From positions 4,440,349 to 4,504,348 of the forward strand of contig NW_003314262.1 of NCBI RefSeq assembly GCF_000143415.4: a stretch of 64,000 nt of DNA, written 5' to 3'. The notes under the pieces are model-generated. The model had not been told where the DNA came from and made no database searches. It saw only the letters and a program-made list of their open reading frames with translations. This document shows positions 49,140 through 61,110 of this stretch, one piece after another. The translations under genes and the position numbers were made by a program. How positions within the stretch are numbered: the stretch's first letter is position 1; every line of letters starts with the position of its first letter. The DNA is from Selaginella moellendorffii. Taxonomy: Eukaryota > Plantae > Lycopodiophyta.

Positions 49140-52100
49140 TGTAAGCCACAAATTTTTCCTTTCCAATTTGCCAGCTTACCTCAACTATCCGACCAACTCT
49201 GCCTTGGCTTGTGCTAAGTTCCCTCGCCAAGGTTCTCGCCTATGGTACCAGCTCCTACTTGGTCCTACTTGGTTTCAGCTACTCACTGCACGAGCAACAG
49301 AGTGTTAGCCATCCATCTACGGATTCCCAAATCTCTCCCAATCCCCCTCCCCGGGTTAGATTGGACTTAAGGTTCGGCTACACTCCCTGCAGGCACAAGC
49401 AGCCAAGCACACCAAGCCTCCAGATTCCTAACACCCCAAGGTACCACAAGACTTGATCATGGGACCCTCTAAATCCCAAGCCTTAGGTGCAACACTTGCT
49501 TCGGGACGTCGAGGCGAAACACCGTGGCCTAACGGCCCGGTATGAGTACCTCTACCCCCCCACTTCCATCCCGAAGGGAAGGCCCAAGCCCCTAGGAAGG
49601 GCAAGGACCAATGAGCCACAAGGTACTCAAGTGGGGCACCACTTCACCTGAGCCGGGAGCACTGCAGTCAGTTTCCCTTTCGGGAGTGGGAGCTGCTCTT
49701 GAGCACTTCCCTGGGTGGCCCCTCCGACACCACTCAGGCCCATGCTCACTCCCACCCAAGGCCCCTTGGCCCCAGTCTCAACCTCAAGTCAGTTTGGAAG
49801 CACCACTAGAGAGTTCCTTCAAGACTGGTTCCTGGACCTCACTATCCCTACTATACTTTTGGAACCCCCTGCAGCCCCCCCCCCTTGGGAGACGCACGCT
49901 TTGGGCTTTCACCCCTTGACCCGTATTAGCATTTGGACTTAGTCTCTGGCTTGATCTCGGACCCGATTTCGGATCCGACTTCGGATTCAGTCTCGGACTC
50001 GATCTCGGACTCGATCTCGGACTCGATCTCGGACCCGATCTCGGACCCGACCTCGGACTCGACCTCGGACTCGGTCTCGGACCCGATTTCGGATCTCGGA
50101 CTCTGTCTCGAACTCAGTCTCGAACTCGGACTCGAACTCGGTCCCCGAGTCGGTCTCGGACTCGATTCCGGACTCTATCTCGAACTCGGTCCTAGAGTCG
50201 GTCTTGGACTCGATCCTCGACTTGGTCCCATCCGATGAACTCTTTGTCATTTCGGTCAAGCTTTTTGGGGATCCTTTAGCCTACGACATCTTGGGGAGTC
50301 GGTTCCTTACAACTCCACCACCCATAGAAGAAGTTTGATGCCCACATCGAACGTCTCGTTTTATCCTACGACTTGTTGACCATGTCTCCGGGGGCATCCC
50401 CCCACTTAGCGGTGTGCCTAAGTTAGCCTCCCCGGCCAAGAGCCCATGACAACGGAATATAGGTGTCCCTATACTCCTCACCTCACCACGCCCTAGTATG
50501 GGGTCGGGACTTGAACCCAGCCTTGCTTTACTAGGGGGTTGGGACTCGAACCCAACCTCCGTAGAATACGTCTACAGATTCGACATCCCCGCGGGGAGTC
50601 GGGCGTAGTGCCCTACGCCTGGTCGACCTATCTAACCCATGCTAATTAGCTTACCTTTGGCGCGCCTTCGGGTCCCAACATATGCCACTTGCTCAACTTT
50701 GCAAATTGATATTTTTAATTGAATTTTGCATAAGTACATAGAGTTCTGCCTTGCAGAAATTCCTCCACTAGATCTCGCGCGTTCGCTAGGTTCTCCTCCG
50801 ATTCCCATGTTGCTTCGCAGTGTGGAAATCCTTTCCATTTCACATGGAACTCTCTCACCTCGTGTCCTTGTCGCTTGCTCTTGCGCGCATTGAGGATGGC
50901 CTCGACTTCGTATTCCTCTTCCCCTTGGATAACCTCAGGTAAAGGTCTCACTTGGTCCTTGTGAAGCGGATCCTCAAAGTACGGCTTGAGTAAGTTCACG
51001 TGGAACACTGGGTGCATCTTCCCCATCTCTTGAGGAAGTCGGAGTCGGTAAGCCACTTTACCGATTCGTGCCTCAATCTCGTAAGGCCCCGCAAACCTGC
51101 TTAAGGAACTCAAGATCAATTCATTTACAGGAATACATGCATCTTTACCTTTGGGTCAACTTTCGGCTGATCCCACTTGGTAGTTTGAGGTTCTTGGTGT
51201 TCAGCCACACCTTCTCCCTAGCTTGGAACTCTACATCCCGACGCTTCTGGTTCGCGTATTTGGTTTGCCTTTGTTGAGCCCGTTCCAAGGAATCCCTCAC
51301 TAGATTCCAAATGCTGAGTCTTTCCGCCGTGAATGCCTCCACTGCGGGCAACTCTCCATGATACTCGGCCACGCCGAGTTCCACAGGACCTTCAATAGCT
51401 CGCCCATTGATGACTTCCCATGGATTCACCCGATACTCGAATGTGGTGAGTTGTTATAACACATTTCCACAAGTCCCAAATGACTTACCCAATCGGTCTG
51501 GTCTCCCGAGACATAGCATCGCAAATAATCCTCCAGCTGCCTATTCACCCTTTCCGTTTGTCCGTCTGTCAAGAAGTGTTAGTGCCAACAACTTGACTCA
51601 ATACCCCATACCTATCTGTGGGTGATAGGCTGTGCTGAATTTCAACTTGGTGCGATACTGTTCCAAGAGAGTCCTCCAGAACCTACTGGTGAAGATCTTA
51701 TCTCGATCTGAGATGATCTCTTCCGGTCTTCCCCGCACTCGAACCACTTGTTCAAAGAACAGCTTTGCCACACCTTCCGCATCCACCTCCGTTGTGGTGG
51801 GTATGAAGTGTGCCATTTTCGAAAATCGGTCCACCACCACGAATATCGCATCAAACCCCTCGCTTGGGGGGAGTCCCGTGATGAAGTCCATCGTAAGACA
51901 TTTCCACGGGTGATCTGGAATTGGGATGCTTTGCAACAAACCCCCACTAGCCTTAGTCACGGCTTTTACCTGCTGACATGTTAGACATGTCTTTACATAG
52001 TCTTGGATGTCCTTAGCCATATCTGGCCAATGGTACTTCCTTTTGAGTAAGCCCATCGTCTTGGGCACTCCACCGTGTCCCGCAAGAGGTCCGTCATGAC

Positions 52101-55100
52101 ACTCTTCTAAGGCTACCTTCCTTAGTTCCCCTTCTGGAACATACACCCTCGTTTGCTTGTAATAAATGAGTCCGTTGCGTTCTGCATAGCCCGTTTTCTC
52201 TTCCGTTGGCAGCTCACCTCTCTGGTGAGCTTCCCGCGCCTCTAGATTCCTCAGCAACACTTCCTGTGCTAGACCATCGTTCTCATATGCTGTCCGCACA
52301 TCGTCCCAGAAGGTTGCTGTTGCGCTGGATATTGCCAACCTCAAGCTCGCTTTTCGACTTAGCGCATCCGCCATAATGTTGCTCTTCCCAGGCTTGTACA
52401 GAATTTCGCAATCAAACTCGGCCAAGGCATTGGTCCACCGACCTTGTTTCCCTCTTAGGTCGGGCTGTGACAAGAAGTGCTTCGTTGCCACATTGTCCGT
52501 GTAAACCTTGAAGTGTCTCCCAAGGTAGTGTCGCCACTCCTTGAGCGCCTTGACCACCGCAAACAATTCCTTCTCGTGGGCAGGCCACTTCCGTTGAGCC
52601 TTGTCCAGCTTCTTCGAGAAGAACGCTACCGGATGGTTGTCTTGCTTCAAAACTGCGCCTAACACAAAGTCCGAAGCATCCGTTTCTACCTTAAAGTCCT
52701 TACCAAAGTCTGGTAATGCCAATACGGGAGCCTTCCTCAACTTCCCTTTGAGGTGGACGAATGCCGCCTCGCATTCCGCTGTCCACACCATCTTCCCTTT
52801 TCTTGTTTGGTCCGTTAAGGGCAGGGCTACTCTCGAATAGTGTCTGATAAACTTTCGATAGTAGTTGCATAGCCCCAGGAATGCCCTCAACTCGTGTACA
52901 TTGGCTGGTCGCTCCCATTCCTGGATCACTTGGACCTTCTCTGGGTCCACCTTGAGCCCGTCCTGGCCCACCACATGCCCGAGAAACTTTACCTCTTGTT
53001 GAGCAAAGTCACATTTGCTCTCTTTAGCATACAGTTTGTGTTCCCTTAGTTTCTCAAACACCTTCACCAAGTGTTCGGCATGCTCCTTTAGCGTCTCGCT
53101 ATAGATCAGGATATCGTCGATATAGACGACCACGAAGTGATCCAGATAGGGTACAAAGATGTGGTTCATTAGCGCCGAAAACGTTGCCGGCGCATTACAT
53201 AGCCCGAAGGGCACACCAGAAACTCAAAGCTCCCATACCTCATTCGACAGGTTGTCTTCTCGACATCTTCCTCGGCTACCCTGATCTGGTAGTATCCTGA
53301 CCTTAAGTCAATCCTCGAGAAGTATTTTGCCTTTCCCAACCTATCGAACAGGTCCTCAATCCTTGGCAAAGGGTACTTGTTCTTCTTTGTATATTTGTTG
53401 AGCAACCGGTAGTCTATGCACATGCGCATAGATCCATCTTTCTTTTTCACAAATAACACCGGTGCCCCATACGGCGACTTGCTCAACCTAACATACCCTT
53501 TGTCCACCAACTCCTCTAGTTGGCACTTGAGCTCCTTGAGTTCTTTTTCGTTCAAACGATAAGGGGGACGAACCACTACCTCAGCACCCTCGACCAGCTC
53601 AATCTTATGTTCTATCGGTCGTGCTGGGGGTAGCCCCACCGATAGCTCCTCCGGCATGGTATCCTGGAATTGGTCCAACACCCGCTGGATCACTAAAGGT
53701 ACTTCTTCCATTCCTGTCTTTTTGTCACTCTTCACCGAGAGTAAGCACAAAAAGGCCGCCTTAGTTCCTTTAGTGAGTTGTCCTCTCGTGGACACCAGGT
53801 TTAAGCAGGAATCTTTGGCCTTGCTTTGCCCTACCTTTAGATCTTGGGCCTCCACCCTAGATCTTCTTCCTTGGGCATTCGCCAGTACCACAAGGTTTCT
53901 ACCTTGTCCATGCAGGGCTACCACAAATCGATTGAACTAGTCCATTCCGAAGATCACGTCAAATCCCGCCATGTCCAACACAGTGAAATCCATGTCCACC
54001 TTCCAAGTCCCCACTTCGACTCTCGCTTGTCGAAGTACCTCATCGGTGCTTTGGCTACCTTGAACAAACTCTATAGTCCTTGGTTCGCCTAGCCACTGCA
54101 CTGTTAGTCCGGCTTGCCGGACTATGTTTGCAGCCACAAAATTATCCGAAGCACCCGTGTCAATAAGGATTTTAACAAAGCTACCTCCGAGCTTCCCTCG
54201 GAGGGCTAGTAGATGTCGCGAACGACTCTCTACCAAAGTTGCTCGTGTAATGAGTAACTTTGAGTTAGGGACTGGATCACATACTTCCGTTTGGACTTCA
54301 CCCGACTTGATGGCCATATTGGCTCTGGCCTTCTTCGGGTAGGGACATTCCCTCGAGAAGTGTCCCGCTTCACCGCAGTTGTTGTAGCATACGTTGTTTC
54401 CCACGCTGCTATATGACTTGACCTTCTTATCTGTGGGTTTGTCTCTTTTCGCTTGACTCCCCCACTTACTCGCTCGCTGGCCACCGGGTTTGCCTTTCCG
54501 GAACCTCGAGGACTCATTCTTAGAGAAACTCCTCTTGAATTTCCCTCTGCTAAACGTTCCCCTTGGTTTGGCCCCTTTGCTAAACGTGGATCCCGACCCC
54601 GTCGTGTTCCCCTTTCGCAAGTTATCGTTGAAATGCACCTTGATGGCCGCATCCAACGCTTCCTTGTAGTTGGTCGGGTTCCACCGCATTACTTCGCCGC
54701 GAGCCCAGGTTTGCAAACCTGATATGAAGGCATGGAACGCATCCATATCCCCCATGTCTGTGACAAGTATCCTCTTTGCCATAAACCCATTCACATACTC
54801 CTGAATGATTCCGGTCTGCTTCAGCCTACTCAGCTCATCCCTTAGGTGCAGAGTAGCATTCGGAGGAATGTAAGTTGCGCGGATCCTCGCCTTCATCATT
54901 TCCCAAGTGGCCACCGGTCCTTCGTTGGCCTCCGTTGTTCTCCACCAAGACTTGGCATTATCTGCCAAGTATGGTTTTGCACATGGGACCTTCTCCGAGC
55001 TCGGTAATCGCAACGCTCAGAAGTAGTCCTCCATATCGTAGAACCAATCCTCCACCACCTTATAGTCGTTCACTCCCTTGAAGACCGGTGGGGGCTTCGG

Positions 55101-56706
55101 TTTGTACTTGGGAACTGCCTGAGGGACTGATTCCACTTCGGTCTGTTCGACCTTGTCTGGTTTTGCCTCAGTCCCTGCCGAAGGGTCCGCACCTTCTGCG
55201 CTGCCAGCATCCGCAGTCTTTCGCTTTTTCTTCCGCTTCTCATCACGCTTTAGCTTGCGTACGAGAGTCTCTAGCAGGGCATTGGTCTGTGCCAATTGTC
55301 CTTCTAGAACGTCCAATCGAGCCTTGGACGACCGAACCTCACCACCGGACTCCTATTTGGAAGTTGCCTCACTGGAGTCCTCCTCATGCAAGGATTCCTC
55401 ATCCATAGCCTCCTGTTCGACCGGAGGCTCCAGCTCTGGAGGAGGTTCCGTCTCCGCCTGGGTTCGCTTACGTCCTGCCCTTGCCATCTCCCAGCAATCC
55501 GCCTCTATCCTTCGCTAGAACTGAGGAAGAGGCTCCGATACCAAATTGTAAGCCACAAATTTTTCCTTTCCAATTTGCCAGCTTACCTCGACTATCCGAC
55601 CAACTCTACCTTGGCTTGTGCTAAGTTCCCTCGCCAAGGTTCTCGCCTATGGTACCAGCTCCTACTTGGTCCTACTTAGTTTTAGCTACTCACTGCACGA
55701 GCAACAGAGTGTTAGCCATCCATCTACGGATTCCCAAATCTCTCCCAATCCCCCTCCCCGGGTTAGACTGGACTTAAGGTTCGGCTACACTCCCCGCAGG
55801 CACAAGCAGCCAAGCACACCAAGCCTCCAGATTCCTAACACCCCAAGGTACCACAAGACTTGATCATGGGACCCTCTAAATCCCAAGCCTTGGGTGCAGC
55901 ACTTGGTTCGGGATGTCGGGGCGAAACACCGTGGCCTAACGGCCCGGTATGGGTACCTCTACCCCCCCACTTCCATCCCGAAGGGAAGGCCCAAGCCCCT
56001 AGGAAGGGCGAGGACCAATGAGCCACAAGGTACTCAAGTGGGGCACCACTCCACCTGAGCCGGGAGCACCGCAGTCGGTTTCCCTTTCGGGAGTGGGAGC
56101 TGCTCTTGAGCACTTCCCTGGGTGGCCCCTCCAGCACCACTCAGGCCCATGCTCACTCCCACCCAAGGCCCCTTGGCCCCAATCTCAACCTCAAGTCAGT
56201 TTGGAAGCACCACTGGAGAGTTCCTTCAAGACTGGTTTCTGGACCTCACTATCCCTACTATACTTTTGGAACCCCCTGCAGCCCCCCCCCCCGGGGAGAT
56301 GCACGCTTTGGGCTTTCACCCCTTGACCCGTATTAGTATTTGGACTTAGTCTTTGGCTCGACCTCGGACCCGATTTCGGATCCGACTTCGGATTCGGTCT
56401 CGGACTCGATCTCGGACTCGATCTCAGACCCGATCTCGGACCCGACCTCAGACTCGACCTCGGACTCGGTCTCGGACCCGATTTCGGATCTCGGACTCCG
56501 TCTCAAACTCGGTCTCGAACTTGGACTCGAACTCGGTCCCCGAGTCGGTCTCGGACTCGATTCCGGACTCTATCTCGAACTCGGTCCTAGAGTCGGTCTT
56601 GGACTCGATCCTCGACTTGGTCCCATCCGATGAACTCTTTGTCATTTCGGTCAAGCTTTTTGGGGATCCTTTAGCCTACGACATCTCGGGGAGTCAGTTC
56701 TTTACA
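49140..56706 (-). mobile_element. Full-length Ty3/Gypsy chromovirus with two LTRs and a TSD
   Basis: LTRs 49140-50311 and 55547-56706. TSD TAGAG at 49135-49139 and 56707-56711. PBS TGGTATCGGAGCC (tRNA-iMet-like, 55531-55543). Purine-rich tract next to the 3' LTR. Confidence 0.96.
50632..55487 (-). pseudogene. Chromovirus gag-pol (gag, CCHC, PR, RT, RNase H, IN, chromodomain), disabled and intron-containing
   Basis: LIDTGAS, YIDDIL, DASD, HHCC, MDFITGLP/SDRD/TER, GPY and chromodomain EYEVEAIL...VKWKGF...TWE. Stops near 55354, 55017 and 53937. Frameshifts near 53215 and 51430. Confidence 0.92.
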
Positions 56707-57140
56707 TAGAGCTCTTGATTTTCCTCCTCGCCTGTGAGCAAGGCAAACAAGCTTCTGCTCAACAGCTCTTGTTGTGCGCTCATCGATCATGACTTGACGT
56801 GGAGTAACGATGACGCTCTCATTTCATGCCTCACAACAAAAAATCGCAGCCATGAAGGGAGAAAAAGAGGGCAATCGGGGGGGAAGGAAAGAGGGCACTC
56901 ACCCAGCATCAAGCCTTCTCGTGCTTCTCCTTGCTCTCCCATGCTTAACAGTTGTTTTCTCGTTCGTGCCCTAGGGCACAACATTATATTTATCATGACC
57001 AAATGTGAAACGCAATCAAGATAGAATTCACCACTTACATGGGAACGAACTCTTTCCAATTTGTGTGTGGATTTATAGATGAAATACACAGATGGCTAGC
57101 TTAAGGTAAACTGTTGAGAGAAAGTTGGCCAAACCATTCC

Positions 57141-58505
57141 TCAAAATAAAAGCACATAAGAGGAGAAGTTTTCCGGCTCCAGCTCCATGAGCTTCTCCAC
57201 GGCCATTCTCCCACGCCTTGCATCGTCGTGCATTTTGGATGCGCCCAACATGACAGTCCATGGAATAGGATTCACAGTCGATGACGAAGAAACCAGAAAA
57301 TCAGTAGTTTCTTCCACCATACTCAAGAGGCCGCATTTTCCCATGAGATCCACCACGCAAAACAAGTGTTCGCCAGTCTGAACAATGCCAAAGTCCTGCG
57401 TTGCATATGTGTAGCAGTTCCAAGAGTCCTGAAGCCTTCCATCGACGCTGCAAGCTGAGAGGATTGCGAGAAGCGTCACACTGTCCGGAGAGAAACCATT
57501 CAAAACCATCGCACGAAACGTTTCTCTGGCCATACAACCGTGACCCCAGTGAGAATATCCGGATATCAGAGAGTTCCATGACACGGAATCTCTCTCGTCC
57601 ATGGACTGGAAGATATTATCAGTCATCTCTACAAATCCAGCGCTAGCATACGCACCCAAGATTGCGTTCCAAGAGATTACATTGCGATGTGGCATCCGGT
57701 CAAACATAAATCTTGCATAATCCAAATGCCCATTTGAGGAAAATGCTGCGACTATTGTATTCCACGATAAAACACACTGTTGCGGCGTTAAATCGAATAT
57801 TTTCTTTGCGTCAACTAATCTTCCAAGATGTGCGTAAGCAGCAGTAATGGTGCTCCACGACACCAAATCTCTCTGCGGCATCCTGTCGAAGAGAAAGCTC
57901 GCGAACTGGAGCTCCCGCTCATGGGAGTAGGCCGTAATCATCGTGTTCCAGGCGATTACGTCTCTCTCGGGCGCGATCTCAAAGAAGCTGCGAGCGAGGC
58001 CCAACTCGCCATCGTGGACGAGCGATCCGAGCATGGCGTTCCACGGAACGACACTCCACTGCGGCATTCTCTCGAAGAACAATTGCGCGAGGCGGGAATC
58101 GCCCTCCTTTCGGGCATAAGCGCTCACCATCGTCGTCCACGACACGACGTTCCTGCGATCCATTGCCTCGAACAGCGCCCTGGCCTGCCGGATGTCGCCG
58201 TTTTCCACGCTGCCATAGATCATCACATTCCACGAGAAGACGTTCTTTGCGTGGATCTCGTCAAAAGCTTCCCGGGATTCCTGCAAATGCCCACACTGGG
58301 CATACATTTGGACGAGATGGTTCGCGAGGTACGTGTTGGTGGTGGATGGATCGCCTTGTGAGTCGAGGAGCTCACGGTGAATCCTCCTCCCCTCTCTCAC
58401 GTCTCTTGCGATGCCACACTGCCTCAATCTCGATGCGTAGCTCTCCACGATGGAGTGCTTGGAAGTGGCAGTGGACTTGAGGCATTGCTTGAGCACTCTC
58501 TTCAT
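57141..58505 (-). CDS. PPR protein (short-motif type, truncated E-like end)
   Basis: LVQMYAQCG, repeated MPxRxxxSW motifs, ends PENFSSYVLLF. First in-frame ATG is at 58505. Confidence 0.88.
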   Translation of the reverse strand: MKRVLKQCLKSTATSKHSIVESYASRLRQCGIARDVREGRRIHRELLDSQGDPSTTNTYLANHLVQMYAQCGHLQESREAFDEIHAKNVFSWNVMIYGSVENGDIRQARALFEAMDRRNVVSWTTMVSAYARKEGDSRLAQLFFERMPQWSVVPWNAMLGSLVHDGELGLARSFFEIAPERDVIAWNTMITAYSHERELQFASFLFDRMPQRDLVSWSTITAAYAHLGRLVDAKKIFDLTPQQCVLSWNTIVAAFSSNGHLDYARFMFDRMPHRNVISWNAILGAYASAGFVEMTDNIFQSMDERDSVSWNSLISGYSHWGHGCMARETFRAMVLNGFSPDSVTLLAILSACSVDGRLQDSWNCYTYATQDFGIVQTGEHLFCVVDLMGKCGLLSMVEETTDFLVSSSSTVNPIPWTVMLGASKMHDDARRGRMAVEKLMELEPENFSSYVLLF

Positions 58506-58643
58506 CCATGGACGCAAATACGAAAATAAGTTCTAACCACTATTTTCCTCTATGAATCAAAGTTGACGAAAGTCAACGGAATATGAAAATCAAGTCTATG
58601 ACCAAATTGAAATCGCCCTCGCATATCTCGTTCCGTGATGATT

Positions 58644-59834
58644 CTACAAAGTTTTGGCCAGCCGCTGCATAGCTCGAAAGTGAAGCGACGTCGATGGCAT
58701 GACAAGGGGCCAGTCCTTCTCTGGGATACCCTCAATGTCGTTACCCCAAGCTGCAAGTGTCCTATACTGCAGGAGGTCATACTCGATGAGACTGTTCACC
58801 TTGCCCACGGAAAGCTTGTTGCAGAGCGCCATGTAGGGCGTAATACCATCCTTGTGTTTCACCAAGGTGGACACTACGGCCTTCCAATCGTCCTTGGTCC
58901 AGCACGGCTTGCTAGGCTTGTTGGCAGGGAGGGCCTCTGGAAAGCAAGCAACCCGGACCTGCAAACAGCAGCTTGAGAGAAGCGAGGCCTTGACAGCGTC
59001 CCATGACTCAATGCTCCTAGCAGCTCTGGCTAGTAAGCCCATCCGTCCACCCATATGGCTGTATATGTCCTTCCACAGCTCGTCGGACACTCCATCAGAA
59101 CCCGTCGGTAGGAGCGTCTCAAAGAACTGGCGAGCTTCCGCTTCACGCAAATCGCCTACGTGTAAAGTGTCCGCTCGGAGGCTGCCTATGTAGCCCGCAA
59201 GCCAAGTCCCAAAGAAGTTCTCCGAGGATGCCAGCACCACATTCATGATGTGCTCCTGCTTCGTCACCATCACAAAGAAGGCGAGCAGCTGGTCGAGCTC
59301 TTTCTCGGTCGCTGGATCTGTGGTCCAAGTGCACAACAAGTTGGCCTCATCCAGAACGATCGTCGGATAGACCTTAGCATAGTCCCCGCCACCTTTCAGA
59401 ACCAGGCTATTACAAGAGACACCGTAGGACATGATAGCTGCAAGGACGGTGTCCATGTCGTCTGCCTTGTCCATCTGGTCCTTAAGAACACTCCAGCTTT
59501 CCACCTGAGAGGCCCTTATGGAAGGTAAAAAGCTGGACTTGAACATTCCGGCAACGCCCCTCGGAGAAATCGAGCCGCGCATGTCAGCGAAGGAGGACAC
59601 TCCGGGATACTCACCCTCACCTTGCCTCCGCCGGAATTCCCTCAGGAGGGCACTCTTCCCCGAATCCTTCGGTCCACTCACCACAACTAAGTTGCCTCCC
59701 GAAACCGAGTCATCTACAGCGGCTACAAGGCGCCCATTCAGCGCCGCGAGCTCGTTTTCCCTGGTGAAAACTGTCCGCCCCTGATTGAAGTTCGCCACGC
59801 TCGAGGAGAAGCGCCTCAGCATCTTCGAAGCCAT
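58644..59834 (-). CDS. Intronless P-loop ATPase (archaeal-ATPase/AAA-like), possible mitochondrial presequence
   Basis: FTRENEL, Walker A GPKDSGKS, Walker B IVLDEAN, MGGRMGLL. N-terminus MASKMLRRFSSS. Confidence 0.8.
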   Translation of the reverse strand: MASKMLRRFSSSVANFNQGRTVFTRENELAALNGRLVAAVDDSVSGGNLVVVSGPKDSGKSALLREFRRRQGEGEYPGVSSFADMRGSISPRGVAGMFKSSFLPSIRASQVESWSVLKDQMDKADDMDTVLAAIMSYGVSCNSLVLKGGGDYAKVYPTIVLDEANLLCTWTTDPATEKELDQLLAFFVMVTKQEHIMNVVLASSENFFGTWLAGYIGSLRADTLHVGDLREAEARQFFETLLPTGSDGVSDELWKDIYSHMGGRMGLLARAARSIESWDAVKASLLSSCCLQVRVACFPEALPANKPSKPCWTKDDWKAVVSTLVKHKDGITPYMALCNKLSVGKVNSLIEYDLLQYRTLAAWGNDIEGIPEKDWPLVMPSTSLHFRAMQRLAKTL

Positions 59835-59889
59835 AGCTATAAACCTTTTCACACTGCTAGGGCTTCCCTTTTAGTAGGGGTGGAGGCAA

Positions 59890-61110
59890 AGAAACACGGG
59901 CCTTTCTTCCACGCCTCGCATCGTCGTGCACCGTCCATGGAATAGGATTCACCGTCGACGACGAAGAAACGAGAACATCTATAGTCTCTTCGACCATACC
60001 CAAGAGCGCACATTTCCTCATGAGTATTCGCCAGTCCGAACGATGCCAAAGTTCTGCGTTGCATATGCGTAACAGTTCCACGAGTCTTGAAGCCTTCCAT
60101 CGAGGGTGCAAGCCGAGGGGATTGCGAGACTGTCCGGAAAGAAACCATTCAAAACCATCGCACGAAACGTCTCCCTGGTATCAGAGAGTTCGACGACACG
60201 GATTCTCTCTAGTCCATGGACTGGAAGATGTTCTCCGCAACATCAACAAAGCCAGCGCTAGCAAAGGCACCGAAGATTGCGTTCCAAGAGATTACATAGC
60301 GATGTGGCATATGATGAAAGTAAAGCTTGCATAATCTAGATACCTGTTTAAGGCAAATGCTGTGACTATTGTGTTCCACGATAAAACATACTGTTGCGGC
60401 GTTGAATGGAAGATTTTCTTCGCATCAACTAATCTTCCAAGATATGCGTAAGCCGCAGTAATTGACGACACCAAATCTCTCTGCGGCATCCTGTCAAAGA
60501 GAAAGCTCGGGATCTAAAGCTCCCGCTCATGGGAGTAGGCCGTAATCATCGTGTTTCAGGCGATCACGTCTCTCTCGGGCGCGATCTCAAAGAACCTGCG
60601 AGCGAGGCCCAACTCGACGTCGTGGACGAGCGATCTGCGCATGGCGTTCCACGGCACAACACTCCACTGCGGCATTCTCTCCAAGAACAATCGCGCGAGG
60701 AGGGGATCGCCCTCCTTTCGGGCATAAGCGCTCACCATCGTCGTCCACGACATGACGTTCCTGCGATCCATTGCCTCGAACAGTGCCCTGGCCTGCCGGA
60801 TGTCGCCGTTTTCCACGCTGCCATGGATCATCACATTCCACTAGAAGACGTTCTTGGCGTGGACATACATTTGGACGAGACGGTTGGTGAGGTACGTGTT
60901 GATGGTGGATGGATCGCCTTGCGAGCCGAGGTGGATCCTCCTCCCTCTCATTTTTAAACACACCTAAAATCACGTCTCTCGCGTCACGCATTGCCTCGAT
61001 CGCGATGCGTATCCCTCCACGATGGAGTCTTTGGAAGTGGCAGTAGACTTGGGGCATTGGTTTATGGAGTCTTTGGAAGTGGCAGTGGACTTGAGGCATT
61101 GGTTTGCCAC
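59890..61110 (-). pseudogene. PPR pseudogene, duplicate of 57141-58505
   Basis: High nucleotide similarity to the neighbouring PPR, with many short deletions, frameshifts and a tandem duplication at about 61022-61105. Confidence 0.88.

Noticed and set aside
54990-55030. Programmed read-through at the in-frame stops of chromovirus gag-pol
   Set aside because: Several scattered stops and frameshifts are better explained by mutational decay.
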